In this document: positions 1 to 7,833 of the stretch, piece by piece
Layout of the letters: each line of letters opens with the position of its first letter
Numbering within the stretch: the stretch's first letter is position 1
Notes under the pieces: model-generated
Database searches by the model: none
The model's input: the letters and a program-made list of their open reading frames with translations, nothing else
What the model was told of the DNA's origin: nothing
Program-made: the position numbers and the translations under genes
Origin: an uncultured Deinococcales bacterium
Lineage (GTDB): Bacteria; Deinococcota; Deinococci; Deinococcales; JAAFIG01
Length of the DNA: 16,950 nt
Assembly (NCBI GenBank): GCA_964247135.1
Contig: CAXTTL010000097.1
Span: 1-16,950, forward strand
Reading direction: 5' to 3'

Positions 1-635
1 GTCTGCAAAGTTTCCGCGAACGCGAAACGATGTTCGTGCGTTACGCCGCGCACGAGTTGCGCACACCGCTCGCCGCCATGAAAACCCAGTTCGACGCGCA
101 GCAAAACGGTTGGGTCAGCGAATCCGAGGCGTTGACCTCCGCCCGAAATCAAGTCGAACGCATGACCAGACTCTCGCAGGCGTTGCTGGTGTTGGCTCGT
201 GAAGAACGTGCTGAAATGAGCCGTTTTGACCTTGGAAAACTGGCACTCGAGCTTGCCACAAAATACGGCGCAGACTTTATCGGCGCGAAAGAATTATGGG
301 TTGTCGGAAATTCAATTTTGCTCGGACGGGCGCTCGAGAACTTGCTCGAGAACGTCAAACGTCACGCCCCAAACGCCAAATCAACCGTCACACTTGAGGC
401 TCGAGGTTCAAACGTGGTTTTGAGCGTTGAAGACAACGGGCAAGGTTTAAGCCAGGACATGCTTGAACACGCCACCGAAGCGTTCTTTCACAGTGACTCC
501 TCGAGCGGCAGTGGTTTAGGGTTGGCAGTGGTCAAACGCATTACCGAGGCGCACAACGGCACACTCAAACTCGAGAATCTGAAGCCTTCGGGTTTGAAAG
601 TCAGCCTCGAGCTGCCTCAACAAGCAGAGCGGTAG
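1..635 (+). CDS. Two-component sensor histidine kinase, 5'-truncated by the window (HisKA + HATPase_c)
   Basis: Frame is open from position 3 (LQSFRERETMFVRY...), so ATG30 is probably internal. H-box AAHELRTPL, N-box RALENLLENV, G1 VEDNGQG, G2 GSGLGLAVV. The stop TAG 633-635 is part of the GTAG that starts the following REP-like element. Confidence 0.93.
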   Translation, partial: LQSFRERETMFVRYAAHELRTPLAAMKTQFDAQQNGWVSESEALTSARNQVERMTRLSQALLVLAREERAEMSRFDLGKLALELATKYGADFIGAKELWVVGNSILLGRALENLLENVKRHAPNAKSTVTLEARGSNVVLSVEDNGQGLSQDMLEHATEAFFHSDSSSGSGLGLAVVKRITEAHNGTLKLENLKPSGLKVSLELPQQAER

Positions 636-727
636 GGTGCGCCTCTTGACCATAAAATGCACCGAACGGGCATGATCGCCGTGCGCACCGTCTTGGACGG
701 CAAATCGGTGCGCGGGGCGCACCCTAC
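632..727. repeat. GTAG-type REP doublet (REPIN-like); the left REP carries a 36-nt structured insert (copy 1)
   Basis: Termini GTAGGGTGCGCC (632-643) and GGCGCACCCTAC (716-727) are perfect 12-bp inverted repeats. The right unit reads GTAGGGTGCGCCCCGCGCACC on the - strand. The left unit has the same arms but is interrupted by TCTTGACCA...TGATCGC (644-679). Confidence 0.8.
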
Positions 728-774
728 AGAACCCAATATCGAGACACCAATTTCGGTATTGAAGCCGAACAGCT

Positions 775-780
775 TAGAAT
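775..780 (+). promoter_or_regulatory. Putative -10 box (TAGAAT) of a leaderless transcript
   Basis: TANNNT hexamer exactly 6 nt before ATG787, with no Shine-Dalgarno sequence. Confidence 0.55.
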
Positions 781-786
781 CAATTC

Positions 787-1542
787 ATGCCTGAACGCCT
801 TCAAAAAATCTTGGCTCGAGCGGGCGTGGCATCACGACGCGCCGCCGAAGACCTCATCAAGCAAGGTCGGGTGCGTGTCAATGGGCGCGTGGCGCAACTT
901 GGCGAATCTGCGCTCGAGACTGACAGCATTGTGGTCAACGGCAAAGAGGTCACTCGAGCGACCGAACACGTGACGTTTGCGCTGTACAAACCGCGCGGCA
1001 TCGTCACCACCGCCGACGACGAACTGGGACGCAAAAACGTGCTGCATCTGGTGCCGGTCGTGCCTGGGTTGCACCCGATTGGACGGCTCGACCGCGACTC
1101 GGAGGGTTTGCTGCTGCTGACCACCGACGGCGATCTCACGCTTCAACTGACCCACCCGCGTTACGAGCACCCCAAGGAATACCGAATCTGGTCTGACCCC
1201 ATTCCCACCAAAGCCCAACTCGAGCTTTTACGGCGTGGGGTGAATCTCGAGGATGGATTGGCAAAACCCGACAGTTTGCGCGAAGCCGATGGCGGCGCGA
1301 TCATTGTGATTCGGGAGGGACGCAACCGCCAGGTGCGCCGCATGTTCGGCGCCATCGGTTTGGAGGTCACGGTTTTAAAACGCACCCGAATCTCGAACTT
1401 GCACCTCGGCGATTTACGGGTCGGTGAATGGCGCGAACTCGAGCCTGAAGAGGTCGCCACCTTGCGGGCACCGTTTAAACGCGAGAAGTACCAGCCGGTG
1501 CAACGCCCAGATTTAAGGCGCAGAAGCCAAACTCGAGATTGA
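787..1542 (+). CDS. rluB: rRNA pseudouridine synthase, RsuA/RluB family (S4 domain + catalytic domain)
   Basis: N-terminal S4 motif ERLQKILARAGVASRRAAEDLI, LYKPRG, catalytic GRLDRDSEGLLLLT and EGRNRQVRRM. The exact paralog (RluB vs RluF/RsuA) is not certain. Confidence 0.9.
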   Translation: MPERLQKILARAGVASRRAAEDLIKQGRVRVNGRVAQLGESALETDSIVVNGKEVTRATEHVTFALYKPRGIVTTADDELGRKNVLHLVPVVPGLHPIGRLDRDSEGLLLLTTDGDLTLQLTHPRYEHPKEYRIWSDPIPTKAQLELLRRGVNLEDGLAKPDSLREADGGAIIVIREGRNRQVRRMFGAIGLEVTVLKRTRISNLHLGDLRVGEWRELEPEEVATLRAPFKREKYQPVQRPDLRRRSQTRD

Positions 1543-1552
1543 AGACAAGCGC

Positions 1553-1558
1553 TATACT
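1553..1558 (+). promoter_or_regulatory. Putative -10 box (TATACT) of a leaderless transcript
   Basis: TANNNT hexamer exactly 6 nt before ATG1565, with no Shine-Dalgarno sequence. Confidence 0.55.
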
Positions 1559-1564
1559 GATTTC

Positions 1565-2134
1565 ATGGCAGCCATACTCGAGAAAAAAAGTTCTGTCAGT
1601 GAATACCTCGAGCTTGAAAAGCATTCAGAGGTTCGCCACGAATTTGTTGATGGCGAGATTCAGGCAATGGCAGGAGAAAAGCGCGTTCACAACCGTTTGG
1701 CGCGGCGGTTTGTGTTGCTACTCGAGGCATTGGCGGACAGCAAAAACTGTGAGATTGTGATCGAAAGCGTCAAAATCCGAACCCGAGGCACACGCATTCG
1801 TTACCCCGATATTGCCGTTTCCTGCACCCCAGGCACGGACGAATACTTTCTCGAAAATCCATGTTTTATTGCCGAGGTTCTCTCGAGCACGACTGAAAAA
1901 ACCGATTTAACCCTGAAATTAGACGAGTACAAAAACCTGCCCAGTTTGGAACGCTATGCACTGGTGGCTCAAGATCGGCGTTTTGTGGTGTTGTACAAAC
2001 GCGTTTTGGACCACTGGGAAGTGGTCACGCTCGAGGATCAAGGCGAAATTGATTTGCCTTGTCTTGGGACAACTTTGACGCTCGAGCAAATTTACGCGGG
2101 CATCAGCATTGAACCCAAAACCGAAGAAACTTAA
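1565..2134 (+). CDS. Uma2 (DUF820) family PD-(D/E)XK endonuclease-fold protein
   Basis: Typical motifs EYLELE..SEVRHEFVDGEIQAMAG...H, RYPDIAV, PCFIAEVLSSTT..D...KLDEY..LPSLERYALV. Confidence 0.9.
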   Translation: MAAILEKKSSVSEYLELEKHSEVRHEFVDGEIQAMAGEKRVHNRLARRFVLLLEALADSKNCEIVIESVKIRTRGTRIRYPDIAVSCTPGTDEYFLENPCFIAEVLSSTTEKTDLTLKLDEYKNLPSLERYALVAQDRRFVVLYKRVLDHWEVVTLEDQGEIDLPCLGTTLTLEQIYAGISIEPKTEET

Positions 2135-3051
2135 ATTTTCTTTCTTTTGCTCTGCCCGACCACTTCAATCACATACCCCATTACGGCAGGCTTGTGGGTT
2201 CTGACCACATCCTCGAGCACATCGAGCGGCACAATCTCGTTTGGCGGCGGGTTGATCTTGACCCGAATCACAAAGGGGTTGTTCGGTTCATTGGTGATGG
2301 TCGCCACAAAACCCGTGGAAAGTTCAATAAACTTTTCCAGACCATAGTTTGTGCCGCGCCAACGGTACAAATCCATTGCCTCGTGAAGCAAAGCCCGACG
2401 GCGCGATTCGGGGTAATGGAGCGCCACGGGCAAACCCAACCAACCCGCCAACCACTCGAGCATTCCGGTCGGTGCGGTGCGCGGGTCAAAGTACATCTCG
2501 AGCGAATTTTGCCGCCACTCGAGCGGCTCCCAGATGGTTTCAAAAATCCGCAAAAACCGGTCGATAAAATCGTGCTCGTGAAACATGGCGGGAAGGTACT
2601 GCAAATAACCCGATTGTCCGACCACCATTGGAACAATTTCTTTCACCCGAGGCGGTTTGATCGGTAAGGACGGAACGGGGTCGGCTTCGATCACCACACT
2701 CTCAACTTCTGTCACCTTGGTTTCGAGTTGTGCGCTGGTGCTCGAGCCACCACCCAGCAGTTGGTAGGTCAGCACGAACGGACCAATTTGAATCGGCGTT
2801 CCGACGGGCAGCGGGTAGGGCTGTCCTGGCAGCAGGCGGTTGCCCGCGATATACGTTCCCTTTTCGGAATTGAGGTCAACGATCACCAAACCCGTTTCGG
2901 TTTGTTGAATTTCGGCATGGCGTTTTGAAACCCCTGGCAGCGCCAACGCGAGGTCGTTTTCTGGAATGCGCCCAATGGTCAGGTTGCCGTCCACGGGTTT
3001 AACGTGGACATCCTGCCCTTGGTATTGAACAATGATTTGACCTTTAGCCAC
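2131..3051 (-). CDS. FHA domain fused to a P2 gpI-like phage tail/baseplate wedge domain (CIS baseplate component), ~306 aa
   Basis: Start re-assigned to GTG3051, with SD AAGGAG at 3056-3061; the longer start at 3096 lies inside a repeat. FHA motifs IGR...VSKRHA...DLNSEKGT, then a Pro/Glu/Val-rich linker. C-terminal YLQYLPAMF..DFIDRFLRIFE..YFDPRTAP..LEWLAGWLG..LYRWRGT..HKPA matches the tail-protein-I family that follows baseplate J genes. Confidence 0.88.
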   Translation of the reverse strand: MAKGQIIVQYQGQDVHVKPVDGNLTIGRIPENDLALALPGVSKRHAEIQQTETGLVIVDLNSEKGTYIAGNRLLPGQPYPLPVGTPIQIGPFVLTYQLLGGGSSTSAQLETKVTEVESVVIEADPVPSLPIKPPRVKEIVPMVVGQSGYLQYLPAMFHEHDFIDRFLRIFETIWEPLEWRQNSLEMYFDPRTAPTGMLEWLAGWLGLPVALHYPESRRRALLHEAMDLYRWRGTNYGLEKFIELSTGFVATITNEPNNPFVIRVKINPPPNEIVPLDVLEDVVRTHKPAVMGYVIEVVGQSKRKKI

Positions 3052-3064
3052 GGTGCTCCTTGGT

Positions 3065-3122
3065 GGGCGCATATCTTCTTGACCAAAAAAACGCACCTAT
3101 CGGGCTTGGTCGCCATGCGCCC
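3065..3122. repeat. Degenerate REP-like hairpin with the conserved structured insert (copy 2)
   Basis: Perfect 8-bp outer stem GGGCGCAT (3065-3072)/ATGCGCCC (3115-3122) enclosing TCTTGACCA-AAAAAAC-GCACC-TATC-GGGC-T-TGGTCGC (3077-3113). Confidence 0.75.
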
Positions 3123-3143
3123 TTATCCATTCGCTACAACATC

Positions 3144-5165
3144 TTATGTGTCCATGTCTTGCCGTGTCGTCACCCGAATTCGGTGCGTGTTCGAGCAGAG
3201 CAGCACGCCCCTTGGGACGGTTAAAAAACTGGGAATCGGGCGCGGCGGTTCGTTCGAGCCGATTTCACTGACACCAACCTTGAGTTCCTCGACAAATTCG
3301 ACGTATTGAATCCGTTGCAGCAAAGCAAACAATTCCGATTGTTGAAGATCGCGCCCGAATGCCCAACCGGTTCCTTTTGGACCACCGACGTAAGGGTTTA
3401 AAAATCGGTACAGCGCTTTTTCGGCTTCCAGTTGAACACTTGCTGCCATTGCCGCATCAAAACCTTCTGGCACGCGAAGTTTACCCTCGATAGACACCCA
3501 GATCAATTGCGGTCCTCGAACCTCGAGGGTCGTACCGACCAGTTTGCGCCCCTCGAGTTGCGCCAGCACATCGGCGCGGGTTTCGGCGGAGAGGGTCATG
3601 GCTTCGACCGGAATTGACCCCGAAGCGTAATCGGTGCTGGGCAGCACGATCAGTGCCACCTGCCCTGGTTTGGGATCGCCTGGTTTGGGGTTGGTTTGAC
3701 TGCCCGGCGCGAGACAGTACGCCCTGGCAACGCCTGGGACTTGTTGCGCCAAATGCTCGTAATCGTCGCTCGAGACGGCGCGGGTGCGGGTGCGCAAGGT
3801 TTGTGGGGCTTTGGTTTTGGCATCCTCCAAACTTTGCGGGTTGCGTCCCCCGACGGCGGCTTGGCGGTTGACCACCCTGGCGACGTAAGGGATGCTGGAC
3901 TTTAAAACGCTGAGCGCCCCTTTTGGCACGTTGCCCATGACGCCACCGCCGTATTGATACCTCGAGAATCTCAAGCTTGCGCCCTTGGCTGGTATCTGCC
4001 CGAAAGTGTAAACCGTGCCGTCTGGTTGCGGCAGGGTCGCGCCAAAGCGGATGCTGCCGTCCAAACTGTCCAAACTGTAATGCTTGTCGCCGCGTTTGGA
4101 ATCGGCAAAATCGGCAACCTCAGACCAAGCCTCGGGTTCTGACCCAATCGCTTCGACCATTAAAGCGTCGCGGGTCGCGTCTCGAGCCAAAATCGGTGAG
4201 TGCAGCAAATTAAATTTTTGTCCTGGCGTGCCCTCACTGATGCCAACGTACTCGTCGGTCACGGTCACGGCGTGACGGGCGTTGGCGGTTCCGCCCCTTG
4301 CCTCGAGTTTGATGGCTTCAATTTCTGGCGAGACGCCGTAACGCAGTGTGCCAGCTTGGTCGCCCGTCAACCGCACCCGCAACCAGTAACTTGAAATGTT
4401 TTGCAAAGCGCGTTGCTGCATGGCTGGCACGTGCAAAATCACCTCGCCGGACATGTTAAAACCGCCCGTGCCGTCAAATTCGACCTCGCAGGGTTGCCAG
4501 GTGCGCACCGGACCTTGCCAGACTTCCCAAACCAGCGGCGGGTTGGTCGGGTCGATGCCCGCGCCGCCGGCAGTTTCACACTCGAGGATGATGGCAAGCA
4601 CATGGTTGCTGTGATCGGTTTCGAGCGAGAGGTAAAACGCGTCGTTTGGGTTTGGTTGCAGCGGAAACAAACGCAATTTGTTACCAGGCAGCTCGAGCTG
4701 CGAAAGTTCATGCACCACCCAGGGCGCGTCGCGTCCGAGCGTGGCGTCTCGAGAGAACGCGCCGAGCAAAACGGGTGGCGTGATGGTCAGGGCTTGTTCG
4801 GTCGAAAAAATAATGGCGGGACTGGTTTCGGTGCGAACCGTGGCGACCTCGCTGGCTTCGGGCAAGATTAATGGCACGGTTTGGCTCTGCGAGAGGTAAA
4901 AGGTGACCGGTACGGTGGCGGCTTGCGGAGGCTCGAGCCTCACACCGATCATTTCGAGAAATTTGACGTACATTTTGTCTGGCACTTGGTTGACGCGGTA
5001 CAAGAGCATGTCGGTCATCCAGGCGAACAGTTCGATCAGTGCCACGCCAGGGTCGGAGACGTTGTGATCCGTCCACTCTGGGCAGTATTGCGGAATCAAG
5101 CGTTTGGCTTGATCGACAATGTCTTGAAATTTTCGGTCATCCAGGTTGGTGGTTGGTAAGGACAT
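3144..5165 (-). CDS. Baseplate J/gp6-like wedge protein (Afp11/Pvc11-like), ~673 aa
   Basis: N-terminus MSLPTTNLDDRKFQDIV..IPQYCPEWTDHNVSDPGVALIELFAW; also YQYGGGVMGNV, AVGGRNPQSLE..RTRTRAVSSDDYE and GWAFGR. ATG5165 is preceded by GAGGT. Confidence 0.93.
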   Translation of the reverse strand: MSLPTTNLDDRKFQDIVDQAKRLIPQYCPEWTDHNVSDPGVALIELFAWMTDMLLYRVNQVPDKMYVKFLEMIGVRLEPPQAATVPVTFYLSQSQTVPLILPEASEVATVRTETSPAIIFSTEQALTITPPVLLGAFSRDATLGRDAPWVVHELSQLELPGNKLRLFPLQPNPNDAFYLSLETDHSNHVLAIILECETAGGAGIDPTNPPLVWEVWQGPVRTWQPCEVEFDGTGGFNMSGEVILHVPAMQQRALQNISSYWLRVRLTGDQAGTLRYGVSPEIEAIKLEARGGTANARHAVTVTDEYVGISEGTPGQKFNLLHSPILARDATRDALMVEAIGSEPEAWSEVADFADSKRGDKHYSLDSLDGSIRFGATLPQPDGTVYTFGQIPAKGASLRFSRYQYGGGVMGNVPKGALSVLKSSIPYVARVVNRQAAVGGRNPQSLEDAKTKAPQTLRTRTRAVSSDDYEHLAQQVPGVARAYCLAPGSQTNPKPGDPKPGQVALIVLPSTDYASGSIPVEAMTLSAETRADVLAQLEGRKLVGTTLEVRGPQLIWVSIEGKLRVPEGFDAAMAASVQLEAEKALYRFLNPYVGGPKGTGWAFGRDLQQSELFALLQRIQYVEFVEELKVGVSEIGSNEPPRPIPSFLTVPRGVLLCSNTHRIRVTTRQDMDT

Positions 5166-5230
5166 GAACACCTCGAGCGAGAAGGGATTGCGGGAATCAC
5201 CAGAAAATTAAATCTTTGTTTTTGGTTTTT

Positions 5231-5294
5231 GTAGGGGCGAACCTTCTTGACCATATTCTTGCACCTAGCGGGCATGGTCGCTCGTGTTCACCCT
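5231..5294. repeat. GTAG-type REP hairpin with the conserved structured insert (copy 3)
   Basis: GTAGGGGCGAAC...GTTCACCCT arms (7/8 pairing) enclosing TCTTGACCA-TATTCTT-GCACC-TAGC-GGGC-A-TGGTCGC (5245-5281). Confidence 0.78.
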
Positions 5295-5405
5295 GGCTGA
5301 TATCGATCAGTCTTAAATTTCAATTTGGGATTTTGACTGTGGATTCTCGAGTTTTATTTTAAAAACCAAACGTTTCAATAGTTAAACATTTCAAAATTCA
5401 AGATT

Positions 5406-5813
5406 TCACTCGCCAGGAATTCGATAAAACGGAAAGACCAACGACCGCCTGTCGTGCGTGGCTTTGATTTCGTAACTGACTTCAATGTCCATTCGTTCGT
5501 TGTGCTCTGGGTCGGGGCGGGTATTGACCTCGAGCACCTCGATGCGCGGTTCCCAGAAACGCAGGGCATCTTCGACGTAATACGATGCCAGCCCCCAGGT
5601 GTTCGCGTCGTTGGGTGCAAAAATCAGTTCGTGGACTTGACAACCAAACTCTGGACGCATCACGCGTTGACCTTTGGGGGTTTGCAAAATCATCAGGATG
5701 GCTTGCTCGATGTCGGTCACGTGCCGCGCCAAACCGATGCGCCCCCTGGCGTCCACGCCGACCGGAAACGACCAGCCGACGCCCAAAAAATCTTTCATCG
5801 AATCTTCGTTCAT
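5406..5813 (-). CDS. gp25/GPW-like baseplate sheath-initiator (Afp9/Pvc9-like), ~135 aa
   Basis: Start re-assigned to ATG5813 (GGAGG 6 nt upstream). Motifs FLGVGWSFP, DIEQAILMILQTPKGQRVMRPEFGC, ALRFWEPRIEV, LVFPFY. Confidence 0.93.
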   Translation of the reverse strand: MNEDSMKDFLGVGWSFPVGVDARGRIGLARHVTDIEQAILMILQTPKGQRVMRPEFGCQVHELIFAPNDANTWGLASYYVEDALRFWEPRIEVLEVNTRPDPEHNERMDIEVSYEIKATHDRRSLVFPFYRIPGE

Positions 5814-5815
5814 GA

Positions 5816-6106
5816 TTAACCTCCAATGTCCACGGTCGGGCAGCAGGGCGGGGCAACGGTGGTCGAAAGTGGCACGCCAGTCACGGTGTTGACACCCGTC
5901 ACCATGCTGCCGACCCGAGCGGCAGGGCGACCGCCAATCAAAACCGTCATGCTGCCCAAGGTGATTGCGCCAGTACAAACGGGTCCGGCGACGGCATCAC
6001 CCACGCAGGCGGCGGGCATTCCGCCGATGATCACGGTCGGCGCACCAGGCGCGACAATCAAATCGCCAGTCACGGTCATGTCGGTCAGTCTTGCGGCAAA
6101 AGGCAT
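5816..6106 (-). CDS. PAAR-repeat spike tip protein (Afp10-like)
   Basis: Three PAAR-type motifs (FAAR, PAAC, PAAR), TV.IGG repeats, 96 aa, directly downstream of the spike gene. Confidence 0.92.
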   Translation of the reverse strand: MPFAARLTDMTVTGDLIVAPGAPTVIIGGMPAACVGDAVAGPVCTGAITLGSMTVLIGGRPAARVGSMVTGVNTVTGVPLSTTVAPPCCPTVDIGG

Positions 6107-6138
6107 AAAATATCCTGTCTCTCGAGAAACCCTCGAGT

Positions 6139-7833
6139 TTAGTTGATCTTGACAATTCCACCTTTGAGTTCGGACATCGCGCCACCGTCCATTTTGAGTC
6201 CGACGCTGCCTTTGATATCGACTTGCAAACCTTCAATTTTGACGCCCGTCTGTGCTTTAATTGAAATGTCTTGTTGTGATTCCAAACTGATTTTGCCTTT
6301 GGCAATGATTTTGGTTTCGCCCTCCATGCTGATTTTCATTTCGTTGCTGCTCGAGTCGATTTGCACCAAGTTGCTGCCCGTTTTGTCTTTGATGATAATT
6401 TTTTCGGCGCCGCTGGTGTCGTCCAGGATAATCACATGCCCCGAGCGCGACTTGATCATGCGTTTGTCTTTGGCGTCGCTGGCGGGTTGTGGCGGCGCGT
6501 CTTTGCCGTTCCAGAGGCTGCCGATCACATAGGGCTGGTTGACGTCGCCCTGCTCGAAAGCCACCAACACTTCATCATCAATTTCGGGCAGAAACTGAAA
6601 ACCTCGTTCTTTGCCAGCGCTGGGCGTGGCGATTCTTGCCCAGTAACTCGAGTCGTTGTCCGAATAGGCTGGGTATTTGACTTTGACTCGGTTCATGTTT
6701 TCGGGGTCTTGGTTGTCGGTTACAACTGCAACCGCAATGCTTGGCGGCACGCGGTACTCATGGTGGTCTGTGAGGCTCGAGAGCAATGAACTTGGGTTTT
6801 GACCGCTGACCGTAAAATGCGTGACATAACCCAGTTTTTGTTGAAAAATATGGGTTGCCGAGGTAATAAAATACTCGCCCGAGAAGCGTTCTCCAACCCT
6901 CGAGATTTTGACTTTTTGACCTGCCAGTATTTTTGGATCACCACCACAAGTTCCTTCGGCTTCTACAAAATGCCCAATCAAACGGTCAGCAACGGCTTTG
7001 GCAAGCACGGTGGCGGCGGCGGTATCGCGGGGCAGTGGTTCGTTGACCAGGTATGTGGCATTGATGTTATGCGCCGCTCGAGCAATTTGCGAACCCGTTT
7101 GATTGATCCCAATTTTCGGTGCGCCCTGCCCTTGGCTTTGTGTGGCGGTGATGACTTGTTTGTTTTTTGGATCCCAACCTCGCACATTGACTTCACTGAC
7201 CATGCCAACGGTGCTCAGGCGCGGGCGGAAATCGCCGAGGTTTTGATGCCATTGCAGTTCAACCTCGACGCTGCCAGAGGGCGGCGGTTCGCAGTGGATT
7301 TTGTCGCCTTCGGCGTACATAAAATAGCCGAGCGCCGCCGCGCGATCCCTTAAAAATTCAAAATTGCTTTGATTGGCTTGCAAAACGTGCTTGTGAATCA
7401 CGTTGGTTTCAGTCACTTTGGGTTGCAAACCTGCGCCCTCAATAATTTTTTTCATGATGTCAGAATCTTTGACATCGACATACGATTTGACAAAACGTCC
7501 ACGGGTTAAGCGGTGCATTTTATCAAACGCCCGAACCGTCAATTTCATGCCTTCGGGTTCAAAATGAGGCTCGAGTTCGACCAGTTCGCCTTCAAAAATT
7601 GTGGCTGGTCCTCCGCCAGATTCGGCTTGAATTTTGAGTTGCTTTCCTGGCATGACTTTGGCATGGTCAACCCATTTTAAATTTGGGTCATTGAGCACCA
7701 GCGTCGCCGTATCAGGCAGATGCAAACTCGATTCAATGGTGATAGACAGCAGATCGTCCTGCATTTCGCTGTCGAGCGCCCCATCAAAATACAGGTAAAA
7801 ATGACTTAAGTGCAGCGTCGAACCGCTAGGCAT
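6139..7833 (-). CDS. VgrG-like spike/hub protein (gp27-gp5; Afp8/Pvc8-like)
   Basis: Late-control-D-like N-terminal part (LQANQSNFEFLRDRAAALGY, VRGWDPKNKQ). gp5 OB-fold VTDNQDPENMNRVKVKYP..WARI..GFQFLPEIDDEVLVAFEQGD..PYVIGSLWNG. C-terminal beta-helix repeats ending GGIVKIN. Confidence 0.93.
   Translation of the reverse strand: MPSGSTLHLSHFYLYFDGALDSEMQDDLLSITIESSLHLPDTATLVLNDPNLKWVDHAKVMPGKQLKIQAESGGGPATIFEGELVELEPHFEPEGMKLTVRAFDKMHRLTRGRFVKSYVDVKDSDIMKKIIEGAGLQPKVTETNVIHKHVLQANQSNFEFLRDRAAALGYFMYAEGDKIHCEPPPSGSVEVELQWHQNLGDFRPRLSTVGMVSEVNVRGWDPKNKQVITATQSQGQGAPKIGINQTGSQIARAAHNINATYLVNEPLPRDTAAATVLAKAVADRLIGHFVEAEGTCGGDPKILAGQKVKISRVGERFSGEYFITSATHIFQQKLGYVTHFTVSGQNPSSLLSSLTDHHEYRVPPSIAVAVVTDNQDPENMNRVKVKYPAYSDNDSSYWARIATPSAGKERGFQFLPEIDDEVLVAFEQGDVNQPYVIGSLWNGKDAPPQPASDAKDKRMIKSRSGHVIILDDTSGAEKIIIKDKTGSNLVQIDSSSNEMKISMEGETKIIAKGKISLESQQDISIKAQTGVKIEGLQVDIKGSVGLKMDGGAMSELKGGIVKIN

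Noticed and set aside
644-679. TTGACC in the repeated module as a -35 promoter element
   Set aside because: No -10-like hexamer lies 16-18 nt downstream in any of the three copies, and conservation follows base-pairing.
1565-2134. Uma2 protein as a CIS nuclease effector
   Set aside because: It is on the opposite strand with its own putative promoter, and Uma2 genes are commonly scattered in multiple copies; nothing links it to the CIS except adjacency.
3052-3096. N-terminal extension MRFFGQEDMRPPRST of the FHA-tail protein
   Set aside because: It derives from the repeat element, and a good SD precedes GTG3051.
5814-5978. 55-aa N-terminal extension of gp25 in the ORF track
   Set aside because: It overlaps the PAAR gene in another frame; GGAGG supports ATG5813.
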